DNA of 61,758 nt, the filler included, from Bonamia ostreae (taxonomy: Eukaryota): the NCBI GenBank assembly GCA_040357525.1. It is 9 parts of 9 records of this genome, joined end to end, with 100 filler letters (N's around TTAATTAATTAA, not from the genome) between each part and the next. Parts side by side here need not be neighbours in the genome. Positions count along the whole stretch, not along the records: positions 55,053 to 61,758 come from JBDODL010000112.1; 8 more parts are not named here. The stretch is one strand, 5' to 3'. The position numbers and the translations under genes are program-made. Of the stretch, positions 60,435-61,758 are shown piece by piece. Numbering within the stretch: the stretch's first letter is position 1; every line of letters begins with the position of its first letter. A model generated the notes under the pieces. It saw only the letters and a program-made list of their open reading frames with translations, was not told where the DNA came from and did not search any database.

Positions 60435-61758
60435 ATGACAGTAATTTCATTAGCAGAATCAGAAAGTCAAAATTTAGAGAATAGCAAAAACAGTCTTGAA
60501 AATTTCCCGATTCCAAATTTTATCAAGAAAAATTTAAAAGCGCAGTCAATAGAATCTTTGTTTGAAATTCAAATTCAATCTTTCCAACCAATTTTTGATG
60601 GGAAAGATTTTGTTTTTCTTCGATCTTAAAATTTTAAAATTGTCAAAAATTTTTATTTTCGATTTTTAAAATTTTAAAACAAAATTTGTAAATAATCTTT
60701 AAAATTTTCAATCTTCAAAAACAAACAAAAATTGTCAAAAATCTTTAAATTTAAAAACAGATTGGAAGAGCTAGAACTGGACAAGGAAAAACATTGGCAT
60801 TTGTTTTGCCAATAATAAGTCGGTTATTCAACGACGACAAAAATTCACGCTCAAAGTTTCCTTCTGTTTTGGTACTTTGTCCCGTCAGAGAATTGGCCAA
60901 ACAAGTCGCTACAGTTTTTGAGAAAACTTGTGGCAATCGATTCGCTGTTTGCACAGTCTATGGCGGCACTCCTTATTCTAAACAACGTTTGAAATTTTTT
61001 ATAAAACTTTGATATCAAATCTTTAAGAATTTTGACTAAATTTTACTTAAATTTTTTTTCTATTTGCAAATTTTGAATATTTGAAGAAATGATGCTTAAA
61101 AGAGGAGTAGATATCGTTGTAGGAACTTGCGGGAGAATAAAAGATCTCCTAGAAAAGCAAATGCTTCGATTAAAAGCATTGCAGTACGTTGTTTTAGACG
61201 AAGTCGACGAAATGTTGAATATCGGCTTTGCAGATGATGTCGAGACAATTTTAAGTCAAATTGGAAATGGTGAAAATAGCGAGAAAAAGAACAAAAAACA
61301 TCAAGTTTTATTGTTTTCGGCTACTTTGCCGAAATGGGTTGAGAAAATCGCAATGAAATATTTGGCGTTTCTATAAAACAAATTTACAATTTCAAAAAAT
61401 TTACATTAAAAATAATTTGCAACAACAAAATTTCAAAAATTTACATTAAAAATAATTTACAAAAACAAAATTTCAAAGATTTAAATTTAGAAATAATTTT
61501 CAACAAAAAAATTACATTAAAAATAATTTGCAACAACAAAATTTCAAAAAATTTAAATTTAGAAATAATTTGCAACAACAAAATTTCAAAAATTTACATT
61601 AAAAATAATTTTCAACAACAAAATTTCAAAAAATTACATTAAAAATAATTTGCAACAACCAAATTTCAAAAAAATTTCAAATTAAAAAAATTTCAAAACA
61701 AATTTAAATGATAACATTTAGCCAAAACTACGATCAAATCGATCTCGTCGGAAAAGAA
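60435..61758 (+). CDS. DDX21: Nucleolar DEAD-box helicase DDX21/RH7, 5' part
   Basis: LFEIQ...FDGKDF|IGRARTGQGKTLAFVLP, PVRELAKQV, YGGTPYSKQ, GRIKDLL, DEVDEMLNIGF and LFSATLPKWV. Confidence 0.88.
61380..61705. repeat. Intronic minisatellite of about 38 bp (AAAATTTCAAAAATTTACATTAAAAATAATTTGCAACA), about 8 copies
   Basis: Visible tandem copies within a DDX21 intron. Confidence 0.9.

Overview
AT-rich, gene-dense eukaryotic (protist) nuclear DNA. The window is not contiguous: it is nine scaffolds of about 6.8-6.9 kb joined by N-padded TTAATTAATTAA linkers, so adjacency across those linkers is meaningless. Splicing by hand recovers about 40 protein genes. These include PPIP5K/VIP1, GEX1/KAR5, BPNT1, DBP2, MOB1, a DEAH helicase, U11/U12-35K, a TM2/Wntless-like/lipase-3 fusion, SMG9, glutaredoxin, UROD, SmF, PP5, a Myb protein, PFKFB, HSP70, TRM10, glyoxalase II, TMEM222, MVD, MED14, WRAP73, DDX21 and several orphans. 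There are also two normal tRNAs, one aberrant tRNA-like gene and a LINE relic. The standard genetic code fits. Most notable: (1) many ultra-short (18-28 nt) GT-AG introns with a GTTT donor and often an A-rich acceptor, while several long introns are inflated by minisatellites; (2) a minor-spliceosome protein (SNRNP35) in this tiny-intron genome; (3) a 114-nt tRNA-like gene with every arm except the T arm expanded; (4) a 132-aa Cys-studded collagen-like protein without a signal peptide; (5) the nuclear-fusion gene GEX1; (6) intergenic gaps as small as 8-42 bp. The architecture suggests a compact parasitic protist, possibly an ascetosporean/haplosporidian (Bonamia-like). That assignment is inference only.
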